64,000 nucleotides of DNA from an uncultured Alphaproteobacteria bacterium (GTDB taxonomy: Bacteria; Pseudomonadota; Alphaproteobacteria; Sphingomonadales; Sphingomonadaceae), in the NCBI GenBank assembly GCA_963839145.1, contig CAWITR010000003.1, forward strand, positions 73,306-137,305, given 5' to 3'. Numbering within the stretch: the stretch's first letter is position 1; every line of letters starts with the position of its first letter. This document shows, piece by piece, positions 27,217 to 36,932 of this stretch. A program made the translations under genes and the position numbers. Below the pieces are notes generated by a model that was given only the letters and a program-made list of their open reading frames with translations, did not search any database and had not been told where the DNA came from.

Positions 27217-28356
27217 ATGGACGCACCGGCATCCATTCATCGGCCCACCCCAGGCCAGCGTGCGCTTGCCGATGCGCTGGCCCGAGGCGAAGCAACGCTT
27301 GGAACGCGGGTCCTGGAACTGGATGCGCGCGTTTACACCGACGAAGAGAGGTTCGAAGCCGAGCAGCGGAACATCTTCGGGCAACTTCCGCTCGTCGTCG
27401 CTCCCTCGTCATTGGTTCCGCAGGACCGGCACGCCTTCACTCATGACGGCTTTGGAGTGCCGCTACTCGTCACCCGCGACGGCGATGGCGAAATTCACGC
27501 GCTGGCGAACGTTTGCCGTCACCGCGGGACGCGGCTGGTCGATAGCGCCGGCGTGATCCCGGCAAAGGGGATCGCCTGTCCGTATCACGCCTGGACCTAC
27601 GCGCCCGACGGCGCGCTCAAGGGTGTTCCGCGCGCCGACTGCTTCCCCGGACTGGAGAAGTCGCAAAAGCACCTGGTTGAATTCCCCGTGGCCGAAACAG
27701 CCGGCCTCATCTGGTTTGCTCGCCAAGAAGGCACCGATTTCGCCGCAAGCGACGCGCTTGCCCCCGATTTCGATGCGTTCGGCCTTGGTCAGCTTCACCT
27801 GTACAGGCGCCATACGCATCAGGTCGCGGGCAATTGGAAGCTCATCGTCGACGCCTTTCTGGAGAGCTACCATGTCCAGAGGCTCCACGCCGGAACGATC
27901 GCCGCCTTCTTTGCCGACGGTATTACTGCGGCGGATTATCTTGGGCCGCACCAGCGGGCAGCGGTCGGCCGCTCCGATTATCTTGCCGGCATCGACCGCG
28001 ACGATTGGGCCCAGCTTCGGCGCGCGGTGACCTACACCTACTTCCTTTTCCCTTCCGCAATCCTGGTCGTCAGCCCCGACTATGTGAACCTCCTGGTGGT
28101 CATGCCGCAGTCCGTCGGATCGTCACTGGTCGAAGATTTCATGCTGATTCCGCAGGCACCCGCGACTGCGGATGAGGACGAGCATTGGCGCAAGAGCTGG
28201 GAGCTACTGGACGGGGGGACATTCGGCGGGGAGGATTTCCGGGCCGCGGCGTTGTGCCAGCAGGGCCTTGATTCCGGGCTCATCGACAAAGTCACCCTAG
28301 GAACGCTTGAGACCGGAATTGCGCCGTTTCACGAGCGCGTCGAAAGCCTGCTCTAG
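27217..28356 (+). CDS. Rieske [2Fe-2S] non-haem-iron oxygenase, alpha-subunit type
   Basis: Rieske motif CRHRGTRL...CPYHAWTY. Mononuclear iron motif NWKLIVDAFLESYHVQRLH. Start moved to the ATG at 27217. Confidence 0.8.
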   Translation: MDAPASIHRPTPGQRALADALARGEATLGTRVLELDARVYTDEERFEAEQRNIFGQLPLVVAPSSLVPQDRHAFTHDGFGVPLLVTRDGDGEIHALANVCRHRGTRLVDSAGVIPAKGIACPYHAWTYAPDGALKGVPRADCFPGLEKSQKHLVEFPVAETAGLIWFARQEGTDFAASDALAPDFDAFGLGQLHLYRRHTHQVAGNWKLIVDAFLESYHVQRLHAGTIAAFFADGITAADYLGPHQRAAVGRSDYLAGIDRDDWAQLRRAVTYTYFLFPSAILVVSPDYVNLLVVMPQSVGSSLVEDFMLIPQAPATADEDEHWRKSWELLDGGTFGGEDFRAAALCQQGLDSGLIDKVTLGTLETGIAPFHERVESLL

Positions 28357-28787
28357 GTCTCTACTCGCGGGTAGAGTTCCAAGCCCTTCGGTGCCTTTAC
28401 CTTCTCACCGCCTAGCAACCGGTCGATTGCATCGAGACCATTCTTCAACTGCCGCTCAGTATACGGCTTCTTCAGGCAGCCGAGCGCCATTGCCTTCGCC
28501 TGTTCAGGAAGCTTGTGGCCGGTGGAATAGAGAACTGGAATCCCGCGGTTCGCCGCCGCCCTTGCCAGGTCGAGGCCGCTCCGCTTGCCGCTGAGGCGAA
28601 CGTCCGTCAGCACGAGATCGACATCTTCGCGGTCGAGAAGCGTGATGGCATTGTCGAAATTGTCGAGCGTAGCGACTATGTCGTAGCCTAGATCGGCGAG
28701 CATCACCTCATTGTCGAACGCCGTCAGCGGCTCATCCTCGACGATGAGGATGCGCTTGACGTTACGCTTGCGCTTGCCGAACAGCAT
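28353..28787 (-). CDS. Single-domain response regulator (receiver only)
   Basis: Start MLFGKRKR. RILIVEDEPL, DLVLTDVRL, CLKKPY. Confidence 0.8.
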   Translation of the reverse strand: MLFGKRKRNVKRILIVEDEPLTAFDNEVMLADLGYDIVATLDNFDNAITLLDREDVDLVLTDVRLSGKRSGLDLARAAANRGIPVLYSTGHKLPEQAKAMALGCLKKPYTERQLKNGLDAIDRLLGGEKVKAPKGLELYPRVET

Positions 28788-28813
28788 CTGACCCCCAGCT
28801 GGAACCACGTGTC

Positions 28814-29602
28814 TTGTCATCCGAACGAATGAAGCGCCATCCTGTGCCTCGCAATAGGCAAAGCCGCACCGCTGCCCGCGACGAAGGCCCGCAGCGCATC
28901 GCGAAGTTGCTCGCCCGCGCGGGGGTGGCCTCACGCCGCGAGGTGGAGCGAATGATCGGTGACGGACGAATTGCCATTGACGGCGAGACGGTTGCGACTC
29001 CGGCCACCCTGCTCGACAGCCTACGTGGAGTGACGGTCGACGGAAAGCCGGTCCGTGCACCGCAATCGACGCGTCTGTTCCGGTTCTACAAGCCGCAACG
29101 AACGCTTACCGCAGAGCGCGACCCTAAGGGTCGTCCCACGATATACGACAAGCTGCCGAAGGGGCTGCCGCGATTGATGCCGGTCGGGCGGCTGGACTTC
29201 ATGACGGAGGGGCTGTTGCTCCTGACCAACGACGGCGAGCTGAAGCGCAAGCTGGAACTCCCCAAGACCGGCGTCGTCCGCACGTATCGGGCGCGAGCCT
29301 TTGGGCCTGTGACCCAGGAACAGCTTGAGGAGCTGTCGGAGGGAGTCACGATCGAGGGAATGCACTACGGATCGATCAACGCGAACCTGGAACGGCGGAC
29401 CGGGCGCAATTGCTGGATCGAGCTCAGCCTCACCGAGGGCAAGAACCGCGAGGTTCGCAAGGTGCTGGCGCACCTGGGACTGCAGGTGTCGCGGCTGATC
29501 CGGACAGCTTACGGGCCCTTCACCACCGGCGGGCTTGAGCCCGGGAACATCGACGAGGTGCCGAGAGCCGGAGTTGAGGAATTCCGGTCGACGCTGAAAT
29601 GA
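28814..29602 (+). CDS. rluB: 23S rRNA pseudouridine synthase, RluB-like
   Basis: S4 domain RIAKLLARAGVASRREVERMI. Catalytic GRLDFMTEGLLLLTNDGEL. Confidence 0.85.
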   Translation: MSSERMKRHPVPRNRQSRTAARDEGPQRIAKLLARAGVASRREVERMIGDGRIAIDGETVATPATLLDSLRGVTVDGKPVRAPQSTRLFRFYKPQRTLTAERDPKGRPTIYDKLPKGLPRLMPVGRLDFMTEGLLLLTNDGELKRKLELPKTGVVRTYRARAFGPVTQEQLEELSEGVTIEGMHYGSINANLERRTGRNCWIELSLTEGKNREVRKVLAHLGLQVSRLIRTAYGPFTTGGLEPGNIDEVPRAGVEEFRSTLK

Positions 29603-30135
29603 GGATTGTCGCCGGCCAATGGCGGGGACGGAAGCTCGCCGCCCCGGAGGGGATGGAAACCCGCCCAACCGCCGACCGGGTGCGAGAAACTCTGTTTTCG
29701 ATGCTGGTCAGCCGGCTCGGCTCGTTCGATGGCCTGAGGATCGCCGACGTCTACGCCGGAAGCGGCGCGCTTGGCCTGGAAGCGCTGTCGCGCGGTGCGG
29801 CATTCGCCTGCTTCGTCGAGCAGGACCCACGGGCAATTGCCGCGATCCGCGCCAATGTCGATTCGCTCGACGCTGCGAAGCAGGTGCAAATCCTCTCGCG
29901 ATCGGCACAGTCCTTACCGTCTCAACAGCCGTTCGACCTGATTTTCGCCGACCCGCCTTATGCCCGTGGATCGGGTTCGGCTGCGCTTGGCCACATTCTC
30001 GATGGCGGCTGGGTAGCGGACGGAAGCTGGATTTGCATTGAGACGGAGCGGAAAGACCATGTCGATCCACGCGGCCTAGAGCTTGATACGGAGCGCGAGA
30101 TCGGGCGAGCCCGAGTTACGCTTCTTCGCGCTTAG
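29599..30135 (+). CDS. rsmD: 16S rRNA (guanine966-N2)-methyltransferase
   Basis: RIVAGQWRGRKL, TRPTADRVRETLFSML, FADPPY. Confidence 0.9.
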   Translation: MRIVAGQWRGRKLAAPEGMETRPTADRVRETLFSMLVSRLGSFDGLRIADVYAGSGALGLEALSRGAAFACFVEQDPRAIAAIRANVDSLDAAKQVQILSRSAQSLPSQQPFDLIFADPPYARGSGSAALGHILDGGWVADGSWICIETERKDHVDPRGLELDTEREIGRARVTLLRA

Positions 30136-30499
30136 CCTGCTTGCCGGCCGCCACGATCTCGTGAAATTCATCGACCAGCCGCTCACCTATCGCAGCGGCC
30201 GCAGCCGCGGCAGCAGCCTTCACGACTGTTTTCGATTTCGATTTCTTCGAAAATCCGTGCTGAGCTAGAGCGGCAAGTGCAGCCGCCATACCGGCGGCGA
30301 GAACGTCCGCTGCGAGCGGGGTTTCGAGCAGCCCGACGAGAGCGTCCACTGCGCTTTTGGGCGATTCCGACTTGCCGGCGTTCGATCCGCGCTGCTTCCG
30401 TTTTGCCCCGGACGACTTGCGCGCTTTCGCGCCGGAGGAAGGCTTTTCCGAACTGCGCGAGCGTCTCGGTGCTGAAGCCTTCTTCGCCTTCTTCGCCAT
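30116..30499 (-). CDS. Lys/Ala-rich basic hypothetical protein
   Basis: The N-terminus MAKKAKKASAPRRSRSSEKPSSGAKARKSSGAKRKQRG resembles a histone H1-like tail. The C-terminal part is Ala-rich. Confidence 0.45.
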   Translation of the reverse strand: MAKKAKKASAPRRSRSSEKPSSGAKARKSSGAKRKQRGSNAGKSESPKSAVDALVGLLETPLAADVLAAGMAAALAALAQHGFSKKSKSKTVVKAAAAAAAAAIGERLVDEFHEIVAAGKQAKREEA

Positions 30500-30547
30500 C
30501 TGCTGACCCTTCGCAGTTCTAGCGCCGGCCCGCTCGGCGGGCAGGCG

Positions 30548-31910
30548 TTACTTGCCCGACGCGACCTGCGAGCCGCCAGCAGGGTCCCAGCCGTACACGT
30601 CTTTCAGGAACGTCAGCTGTCCCTCTTGCGGCTGCGCCGTCAGATAAGTCACGTAAATCGGCACGCCGCGAGGCAGCTTGTCGGGATATTCCGGCTGCGT
30701 GATCGACTCGTCGGGCGGATGGCCAAGAAGCCAGGTTGCGAGGCCTTTGGCATTCTCCAGCCGGATGCAGCCGTTGCTCCGGGTCCGCTGCGAAAGGCTG
30801 AACAGGTTGCGGTCGCCCGGGTCGGTGTCGTGGAGGTAGATGTCCTGCGGGTTGGCGAACGGAAACTTCAGCTGCCCCATGAAGTTCTCGGGGCCGGGAT
30901 CCTGCCGTATTCGAATGCTCACCTTGCCGGCACGGACGCCCTTCCAGTCCACCTGGTCCGTCGGGATCACCTTGGCGTTGTTGGTCCAGTCCGACATCAC
31001 CTTGAAGCCGCGCTCCTTGAAATATTTGTCGCCCTCGGCGGCGTAACGCGGAGCAATGTTGAGGCGGGTGAGGACGTCTGACGAGTTCCAGTACGGGTTG
31101 TGGATCACGTAGAACATCATGCTGGTCACCAGCGGAGTGCGCGTGTCCGGCCGGTTGTGCAGATGCTGTCCATTGTCGCCGACCACGACCTTCATCGATC
31201 CGACCGGAACTCCGTCCTGGTACATGTACAGCGTCTGATTGGCCGAATTGACCAGGACGAACCTGCCCTTGGCCGGCATTCCACGGGCTCGGTCGAGATT
31301 GGCGACAACGCGCGGGTCAGGAACAGTGGAGCCGCTCGCCTGCATTTGCCGCCACGCCGCATCGCGGATCGAGGTGTAGACGGTATTGGGATCGGCTACG
31401 CTGTGGATGTAGGATTCCAGAGAGGGCGATCCCGCCGCGAGCTGAAGAACCTTGAACGGGTCAACGGGCTTGGGCCGCATATAATCGTAGGCGTAGGTCA
31501 TCCCCGGCACAGGACGCTCCATCGCCTCCGCATAGAGGACCAACGCCTCTGAAAGCGTGTGGTCTGCGAACGCAATCGCTTCCGGCGAGCCGGTGGCCAC
31601 TGCCTGGGCAAGCGCCGCCTGCGCCTGCTGGGCGTATTGCTGACCATTTGCGAGGCCGTCGAGCGGCGAACGCTGCAAAATCTGGACGAATTCTGTCGCT
31701 GCCGGCTTTGCGGCGTTGCCGCTGAACCAGATCGGAGCGAGCTGGTACTGCGAATAGAAGGCCTGCACCTGCGCTGCGGACGGCAAAGTTGGCCGACTGG
31801 TACGGCATCTGCGCGGGTGCAGCGGGCGGTGGAGCCGGCCTTGCAGCGGCGACGGCCGGGTGGAGGACAATCGCGGCTAGCGCGGCGGCAGTGAAGATCC
31901 CCGTTCTCAT
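30548..31910 (-). pseudogene. L,D-transpeptidase (YkuD) family protein, frame broken at the AAA run 31785-31787
   Basis: Signal peptide MRTGIFTAAALAAIVLHPAVAAA... is in ORF 31461..31910. The body with catalytic HDTD...SNGCIRL is in ORF 30548..31870. Removing one T from AACTTTGCC joins them as ...YQSANLPSAAQVQAF.... Confidence 0.75.
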
Positions 31911-31992
31911 GTCACTGAATTAGATGAAACATTCGTGCTTAACAACGGATGAGCGGCCGCCGATGAAGGGGAATTTCCCAACCCGTGGCAGC

Positions 31993-32030
31993 AAAAACTC
32001 ACCGCGCCGGACGACTGGAGCCGCCGACGC
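31993..32030 (-). terminator. Candidate intrinsic terminator of the 32052..32600 gene
   Basis: Minus strand GCGTCGG-13 nt-CCGGCGC, followed 7 nt later by TTTTT. Confidence 0.35.
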
Positions 32031-32051
32031 GATGAGCCGAGTTGCCGTGAT

Positions 32052-32600
32052 TTAGGCGCCGATCAGAACAGGCGTTCCGACGTCTGTCACCGTGAAGAGT
32101 TTCTTGGCGAAAGCCGGCGGGAGGTGGACGCAACCGTGGGAGGACGGCTCGCCGGGATTCCCCCCGGAGTGCAGTGCAACGCCGTAAGAAGTGAAGAACT
32201 CCGAAAACGGCATCGGCGCATTGTGGTACTTCGCCGAGTGATGCATCCGTTCCTTGTTCAGGATCTGGAACTCACCCGAAGGTGTCTCATGACCGGGCCG
32301 GCCGCTCGAGATCGAAGCAACCGCCATTAAGCTATCGCCCCGGTACAGATAGGCGAGCTGGTCTCCAAGGCTGATGACGACCCGTTCGTCACCGGCACTC
32401 TCCGGCACGTCCCGCCAGAGATATTTGCCGGGCTCGAGGGTGTCGGTACCAAATGTCGCGACCATGTCGTCATGGGCCGAATGGGAGGCTTGGGTCGCTG
32501 TGGCACGGGCCTCATAGCTTTCGTTTGCGTGGGCAGGGAACGCCGGAACACTGAGCGCGAACGCACCCGTTACCGCCAGCGCGAGGGCTAGCTGTTTCAT
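32052..32600 (-). CDS. L,D-transpeptidase (YkuD domain), exported
   Basis: Signal peptide and catalytic ALHSGG...SSHGCVHL. Confidence 0.85.
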   Translation of the reverse strand: MKQLALALAVTGAFALSVPAFPAHANESYEARATATQASHSAHDDMVATFGTDTLEPGKYLWRDVPESAGDERVVISLGDQLAYLYRGDSLMAVASISSGRPGHETPSGEFQILNKERMHHSAKYHNAPMPFSEFFTSYGVALHSGGNPGEPSSHGCVHLPPAFAKKLFTVTDVGTPVLIGA

Positions 32601-32706
32601 TTTCCATCACCTGTGTTTTCTTATTGACTTTTGTGGATTCAATGATTCGCAGGCGATTCGGGTTCCCGTGCGACGGTAATTCTTGAGAGTAGCCCGACGG
32701 GGAAAG

Positions 32707-33561
32707 TTACGGCCGCTCGATCTTCAGCGGCTGAGAGAAACTGGCGGTAAGCTGCGGGAATGGAATTTCGATTCCGGCAGCGTCCAGCGCGCGTTTGATC
32801 GCCCGAACGACCTCGTCGCGGCTCTTGTGCATCTCCACCTGCCTCGACCCCGACCACCAGCGGACGGTGAAGTTGATTGAGCTGTCGGCGAACTCGCGAG
32901 CGAAGACTTCGACTGGCCGCGTGCGATTGATCAGCTCCGATCCCGTCACAGCGGAGGAGATAATCTCGGCCGCGTGATCGAGATCGGTGCCGTAGGCTAC
33001 TCCCACGACGATCTCGTGGCGGCGGAAACGGGCGTCGGTGATGATCCTCACGGGCTTTGTGAACAAGAACGCATTGGGGACGATCGTCAGCTGATTGTCG
33101 GGGCGCCGCAGGTAGGTTTCGCGAAGCGTGATCTGTTCGATTCGGCCGTCGAGGCCCTCGCATTCGATATGGTCGCCGATCCGCATCTTCTTGCGCATCA
33201 TGATCATGACCCCGGCGAGGAAATTCTCGAAAATGTCTTTGAATGCGAAGCCGATCGCGACCGACCCAAAGCCGAGGACGGTAATCAGGCTCCCGGCAGT
33301 CACGCCCGGCAGAAGAACGGCCATCGTCACCAGGATTCCGAAAATCCAGACAAAAATGCCGGCAAGCGTGACGAACAGCGCTCCGAGGCTGGGGCGGACG
33401 CCTGCCTGGTCGGAAACGCGCCGAACGATCTTGCGCGCGACCTGGGCGATTGCCCAGGCGATGATCAGCACGACCAGCGCAATCACCAGCTGCGGCAGCA
33501 TGCGCACCGCGTCCTCAGCCATGCCCTTCACGCGATCGATGAGGATGCTGACGAGATCCAT
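32707..33561 (-). CDS. Small-conductance mechanosensitive channel (MscS family)
   Basis: Three N-terminal transmembrane segments, GFGSVAIGFAFKDIFENFLAG, and a beta-domain (IGDHIECEGLDGRIEQITLRETYLR). Confidence 0.85.
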   Translation of the reverse strand: MDLVSILIDRVKGMAEDAVRMLPQLVIALVVLIIAWAIAQVARKIVRRVSDQAGVRPSLGALFVTLAGIFVWIFGILVTMAVLLPGVTAGSLITVLGFGSVAIGFAFKDIFENFLAGVMIMMRKKMRIGDHIECEGLDGRIEQITLRETYLRRPDNQLTIVPNAFLFTKPVRIITDARFRRHEIVVGVAYGTDLDHAAEIISSAVTGSELINRTRPVEVFAREFADSSINFTVRWWSGSRQVEMHKSRDEVVRAIKRALDAAGIEIPFPQLTASFSQPLKIERP

Positions 33562-33630
33562 TGCGGCCCCTGGAGTCGAAATTAGCCGGTCAAAGTTCCG
33601 GCCAGCGGCAACCTAGCCTCGACAGGCCGC

Positions 33631-33655
33631 TGAACCCAAGCCCAGGCCGTCCGTT
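33631..33655 (+). promoter_or_regulatory. Possible EcfG-type promoter (one mismatch)
   Basis: TGAAC-N16-CGTT lies 25 nt upstream of the ATG at 33680, which is preceded by AAGGAGG. Confidence 0.3.
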
Positions 33656-33679
33656 GGGATTGTAAGGAGGCTACAGACG

Positions 33680-33901
33680 ATGACTTCGAACAAACATGAA
33701 GAGACCGACCTGAAGGACAATCCCTTCCCAAGCGACCTCGACCGCGATCCGGGAATCGGCAAGTCAAAGGGCGCATTCGCACGGACCGGCAAGGACCCGA
33801 TGGACATTGAGGGCGAAAACACTGTCGACGGGGACGTCCAGAACGATTCGACCTACGGTGGCGGCGCCGACCCGGACCAGCTTGGCCGAACCAACAAGTG
33901 A
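33680..33901 (+). CDS. Small acidic hypothetical protein (73 aa)
   Basis: Strong Shine-Dalgarno site. Asp/Gly-rich sequence. No recognisable domain. Confidence 0.5.
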   Translation: MTSNKHEETDLKDNPFPSDLDRDPGIGKSKGAFARTGKDPMDIEGENTVDGDVQNDSTYGGGADPDQLGRTNK

Positions 33902-33902
33902 T

Positions 33903-35099
33903 TTAGTAAATCAGGAACGGCTTGCGCTGCTCTTCCCAGTCGCGTTCGTCAGCAACCGCGAGGCTGTCGAGATCGGCGGGCGAAGCGTCGCCGTCGACCC
34001 ATTCGCGCAAGAGAGGTGAGCCGTTAATGACGTCGATCGGCAGCTTTCCGAAGGCATATTCGTACGGGAAATCGCGCCACAGGGCGTAGTCCGGATAAAG
34101 GCGCCGGATCGCCTTGAATGCGAGCGACTGGAGCCGCCACGGCCGGAAATTCTCGTGATCGTAGAACCGGCCCTCCGCGTGAATCTGCAATCCGTTGCAG
34201 AGCTTCCCGACATGCTTGTGAAAGGTGGGCTCGAAATTGACTTCGCGAAGCTTGCAGCCGGCGAGCCAATCCGGAGCAATCGCTTCCATCTCGGCGAGAA
34301 GCCGCTTCGGCTCCAAGTCCGGCGCTCCGAACAGCTCGAGCGGGCGGGTCGTCCCCCTGCCCTCGCTCAGCGTCGTCCCTTCCAGCATCACCGTCCCGGC
34401 ATAGCAGCGCGCCATGTTGAGGTTGGCCGCATTGGGGCTGGGATTGATCCAAATTCGGTCTTCCGGCCAGCCGAACCCTGGCCCCTTGTCAGGGTGCCAG
34501 CCGTCCATCCCAATAACTCGGTAATCGACGTCGAGATCGAAGTGATTGACGAACCATTGCCCGAGCTCGCCCAAGGTCAAGCCGTGGCGCATCGGGATCG
34601 GCCCGGCGCCGACGAAGCTTTCCCACCCCGGCCGTAACGTCAGCCCCTCGACCGGGCGGCCGGTGGGGTTGGGCCGATCGAGCACCCACACGTCTTTACC
34701 ATTCTCCGCGGCGGCTTCGAGCACGTACAGGAGTGTGGTGATGAAGGTGTATATCCGGCAGCCGAGGTCTTGAAGGTCGATCAGGACCGTGTCGAAGGTC
34801 GACAGCATCTGCTTGGTCGGCCGGCGAACTTCGCCGTAGAGGCTGAACACCGGGATCTGATGGACGGGATCGGTAAAGTCCTCCAACTCGACCATATTGT
34901 CCTGCTTGTCGCCGCGAAGCCCGTGCTGCGGCCCGAAAGCCGCGGTGACGTTCACGCCCGCTTCGACAAGTGCATCGAGGCTGTGGGTGAGGTCCGCGGT
35001 CACTGACGCGGGATGCGCGACAAGAGCGACGCGCTTGCCCTCCAGCGGGCGGCGAAGCTCTGACTCGGCGAGCAGCCGGTCGATTCCGAAAAGGGTCAT
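33903..35099 (-). CDS. DUF1343 family protein (exo-beta-N-acetylmuramidase NamZ-like)
   Basis: GKRVALVAHPASV...FGPQHGLRGD...DLQDLGCRIYT is the DUF1343 signature as I recall it. Confidence 0.8.
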   Translation of the reverse strand: MTLFGIDRLLAESELRRPLEGKRVALVAHPASVTADLTHSLDALVEAGVNVTAAFGPQHGLRGDKQDNMVELEDFTDPVHQIPVFSLYGEVRRPTKQMLSTFDTVLIDLQDLGCRIYTFITTLLYVLEAAAENGKDVWVLDRPNPTGRPVEGLTLRPGWESFVGAGPIPMRHGLTLGELGQWFVNHFDLDVDYRVIGMDGWHPDKGPGFGWPEDRIWINPSPNAANLNMARCYAGTVMLEGTTLSEGRGTTRPLELFGAPDLEPKRLLAEMEAIAPDWLAGCKLREVNFEPTFHKHVGKLCNGLQIHAEGRFYDHENFRPWRLQSLAFKAIRRLYPDYALWRDFPYEYAFGKLPIDVINGSPLLREWVDGDASPADLDSLAVADERDWEEQRKPFLIY

Positions 35100-35108
35100 G
35101 CCGGCTGT

Positions 35109-35645
35109 CTAGGCGAGCTTCGCCGCGAAGCAATCGGCGAGATGGAAATCGGGCTTTTCGGGATCGCAATGGGCCAGCGCCCAATAGGATTTCGTCCCAT
35201 CCTTTTCCTCGAGAACGGCTGACAGCCCGAGAATCCACTTCTGGCCGGCATCGGTGGCGATTGTCGCGCCGACGGCCCACCAGGTCATGTTGTCCTCCAT
35301 CCTAACGTAAGGCGGGGCGACGTCGGCCTGGGACATCTGCTCACGGTAGCCGGAAAAGTCATAGGCTGCCCAATCGCCAGACGGCGCAAAATTCCATTCG
35401 CGGTACGAATCTTCATCGCCGGGACGGAAAAATGCCTCGAAACAGGTGGTCCTCCACAGTTCGTCCTTGCGGCCCGGATCGTCTCTCACCGGAATGACGA
35501 ACCGCTCGACCGGAGCGCCGATGCCGAACCAGATGTTCGTCGTCGCAACCGATGCCAAAGAGCTCGCATGGTCGACGCTCGCCCACACCTTGAACGGCGG
35601 GTTTCCCGGCGTCGTGGTTGGATGCGGAACCAGGTTCAGCTGCAT
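35109..35645 (-). CDS. Hypothetical protein, DOMON/CBM9-like
   Basis: ELWRTTCFEAFF...YREWNFAPSGDWAAYDF resembles DOMON-like type 9 carbohydrate-binding folds. The recognition is weak. Confidence 0.5.
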   Translation of the reverse strand: MQLNLVPHPTTTPGNPPFKVWASVDHASSLASVATTNIWFGIGAPVERFVIPVRDDPGRKDELWRTTCFEAFFRPGDEDSYREWNFAPSGDWAAYDFSGYREQMSQADVAPPYVRMEDNMTWWAVGATIATDAGQKWILGLSAVLEEKDGTKSYWALAHCDPEKPDFHLADCFAAKLA

Positions 35646-35690
35646 CGCTCCACAGTAGCAGCAGGCGAACTGTCACGCTAAGCGGCAATC

Positions 35691-36914
35691 ATGAGCGCTT
35701 ATGAATCCGATCTTCTCAAGCTCCTCGACGAGCGCGGCTACATCCATCAGCTGACCGATGCAGCCGGGCTGGATTCGCTCGCCAGCAAGGGCGTGGTCAC
35801 CGGCTACATCGGGTTTGACGCCACAGCTCCGAGCCTTCACGTGGGAAATCTCGTCTCGATCATGCTGCTGAGGCGCCTCCAGCAGTCGGGGCACAAGCCG
35901 ATCGTGCTGATGGGTGGTGGCACCACGAAGGTCGGCGACCCGTCGGGCAAGGACGAAAGCCGAAAGCTGATCGGCGAGGCGGACATCGACGGCAACATCG
36001 CCGAGATCCGGAAGAACTTCGAGCCGTTCCTGACCTTCGGTGACGGTCCCACGGACGCCGTCATGCTGAACAACGCCGACTGGCTGGACGGGCTCGAATA
36101 TCTCCCATTCCTCCGTGACATTGGTCGGCACTTCACCATCAACCGGATGCTGACCTTCGACAGCGTCCGCCTGCGGCTCGACCGCGAGCAGCCGATGACG
36201 TTCCTGGAGTTCAACTACATGATCCTCCAGGCCTATGATTTCCTGGAGCTGTCGCGGCGCGCCGGCTGCCGATTGCAGCTGGGCGGGTCGGACCAGTGGG
36301 GCAATATCGTCAACGGGATCGAGCTCGCGCGCCGAGTGGACGGCACCGAGCTGTTTGGCGTGACGACACCGCTGATTACCACCGCCGACGGCGCGAAGAT
36401 GGGCAAGACGGCGAAGGGCGCGGTTTGGCTCAGTCCGGACCTGCTCAGCCCTTACGATTACTGGCAGTTCTGGCGGAACACGGCGGACGTGGACGTCGGG
36501 CGTTTTCTGCGTCTGTTCACGGACCTGCCGCTGGACGTCATCGGCCGGCTGGAAAGCCTCCCCGGCGCCGAGATCAACGACGCAAAAATCGTCCTTGCGA
36601 CCGAAGCGACAGCGCTTCTCCACGGCCGAGATGCGGCTTTGGATGCGAAAGAGACTGCGAAGCGGACCTTCGAGCAAGGCGGAAGCGGCGAGGATTTGCC
36701 GACGCTTTCCGTCGGCGACGGCATCAACATCGCGCACGCGCTCACCGCGCTCGGCTTCACGCCGTCGAACAAGGAAGCGAAGCGGAAGATCGCCGAAGGG
36801 GCGGTTCGCCTGGACGATGAGCCTGTAAGCGACCCCGGGCTGACGGTCGAAGCGGCCCAGAGGCCAGTGAAGATCAGCCTGGGGAAGAAGAGGCACGGAC
36901 TGCTGGTGAAGTAG
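35691..36914 (+). CDS. tyrS: Tyrosine--tRNA ligase
   Basis: HVGN (HIGH), KMGKT (KMSKS) and a C-terminal S4-like domain. Confidence 0.95.
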   Translation: MSAYESDLLKLLDERGYIHQLTDAAGLDSLASKGVVTGYIGFDATAPSLHVGNLVSIMLLRRLQQSGHKPIVLMGGGTTKVGDPSGKDESRKLIGEADIDGNIAEIRKNFEPFLTFGDGPTDAVMLNNADWLDGLEYLPFLRDIGRHFTINRMLTFDSVRLRLDREQPMTFLEFNYMILQAYDFLELSRRAGCRLQLGGSDQWGNIVNGIELARRVDGTELFGVTTPLITTADGAKMGKTAKGAVWLSPDLLSPYDYWQFWRNTADVDVGRFLRLFTDLPLDVIGRLESLPGAEINDAKIVLATEATALLHGRDAALDAKETAKRTFEQGGSGEDLPTLSVGDGINIAHALTALGFTPSNKEAKRKIAEGAVRLDDEPVSDPGLTVEAAQRPVKISLGKKRHGLLVK

Positions 36915-36932
36915 CCGTCCCGGGGAGGGGGC

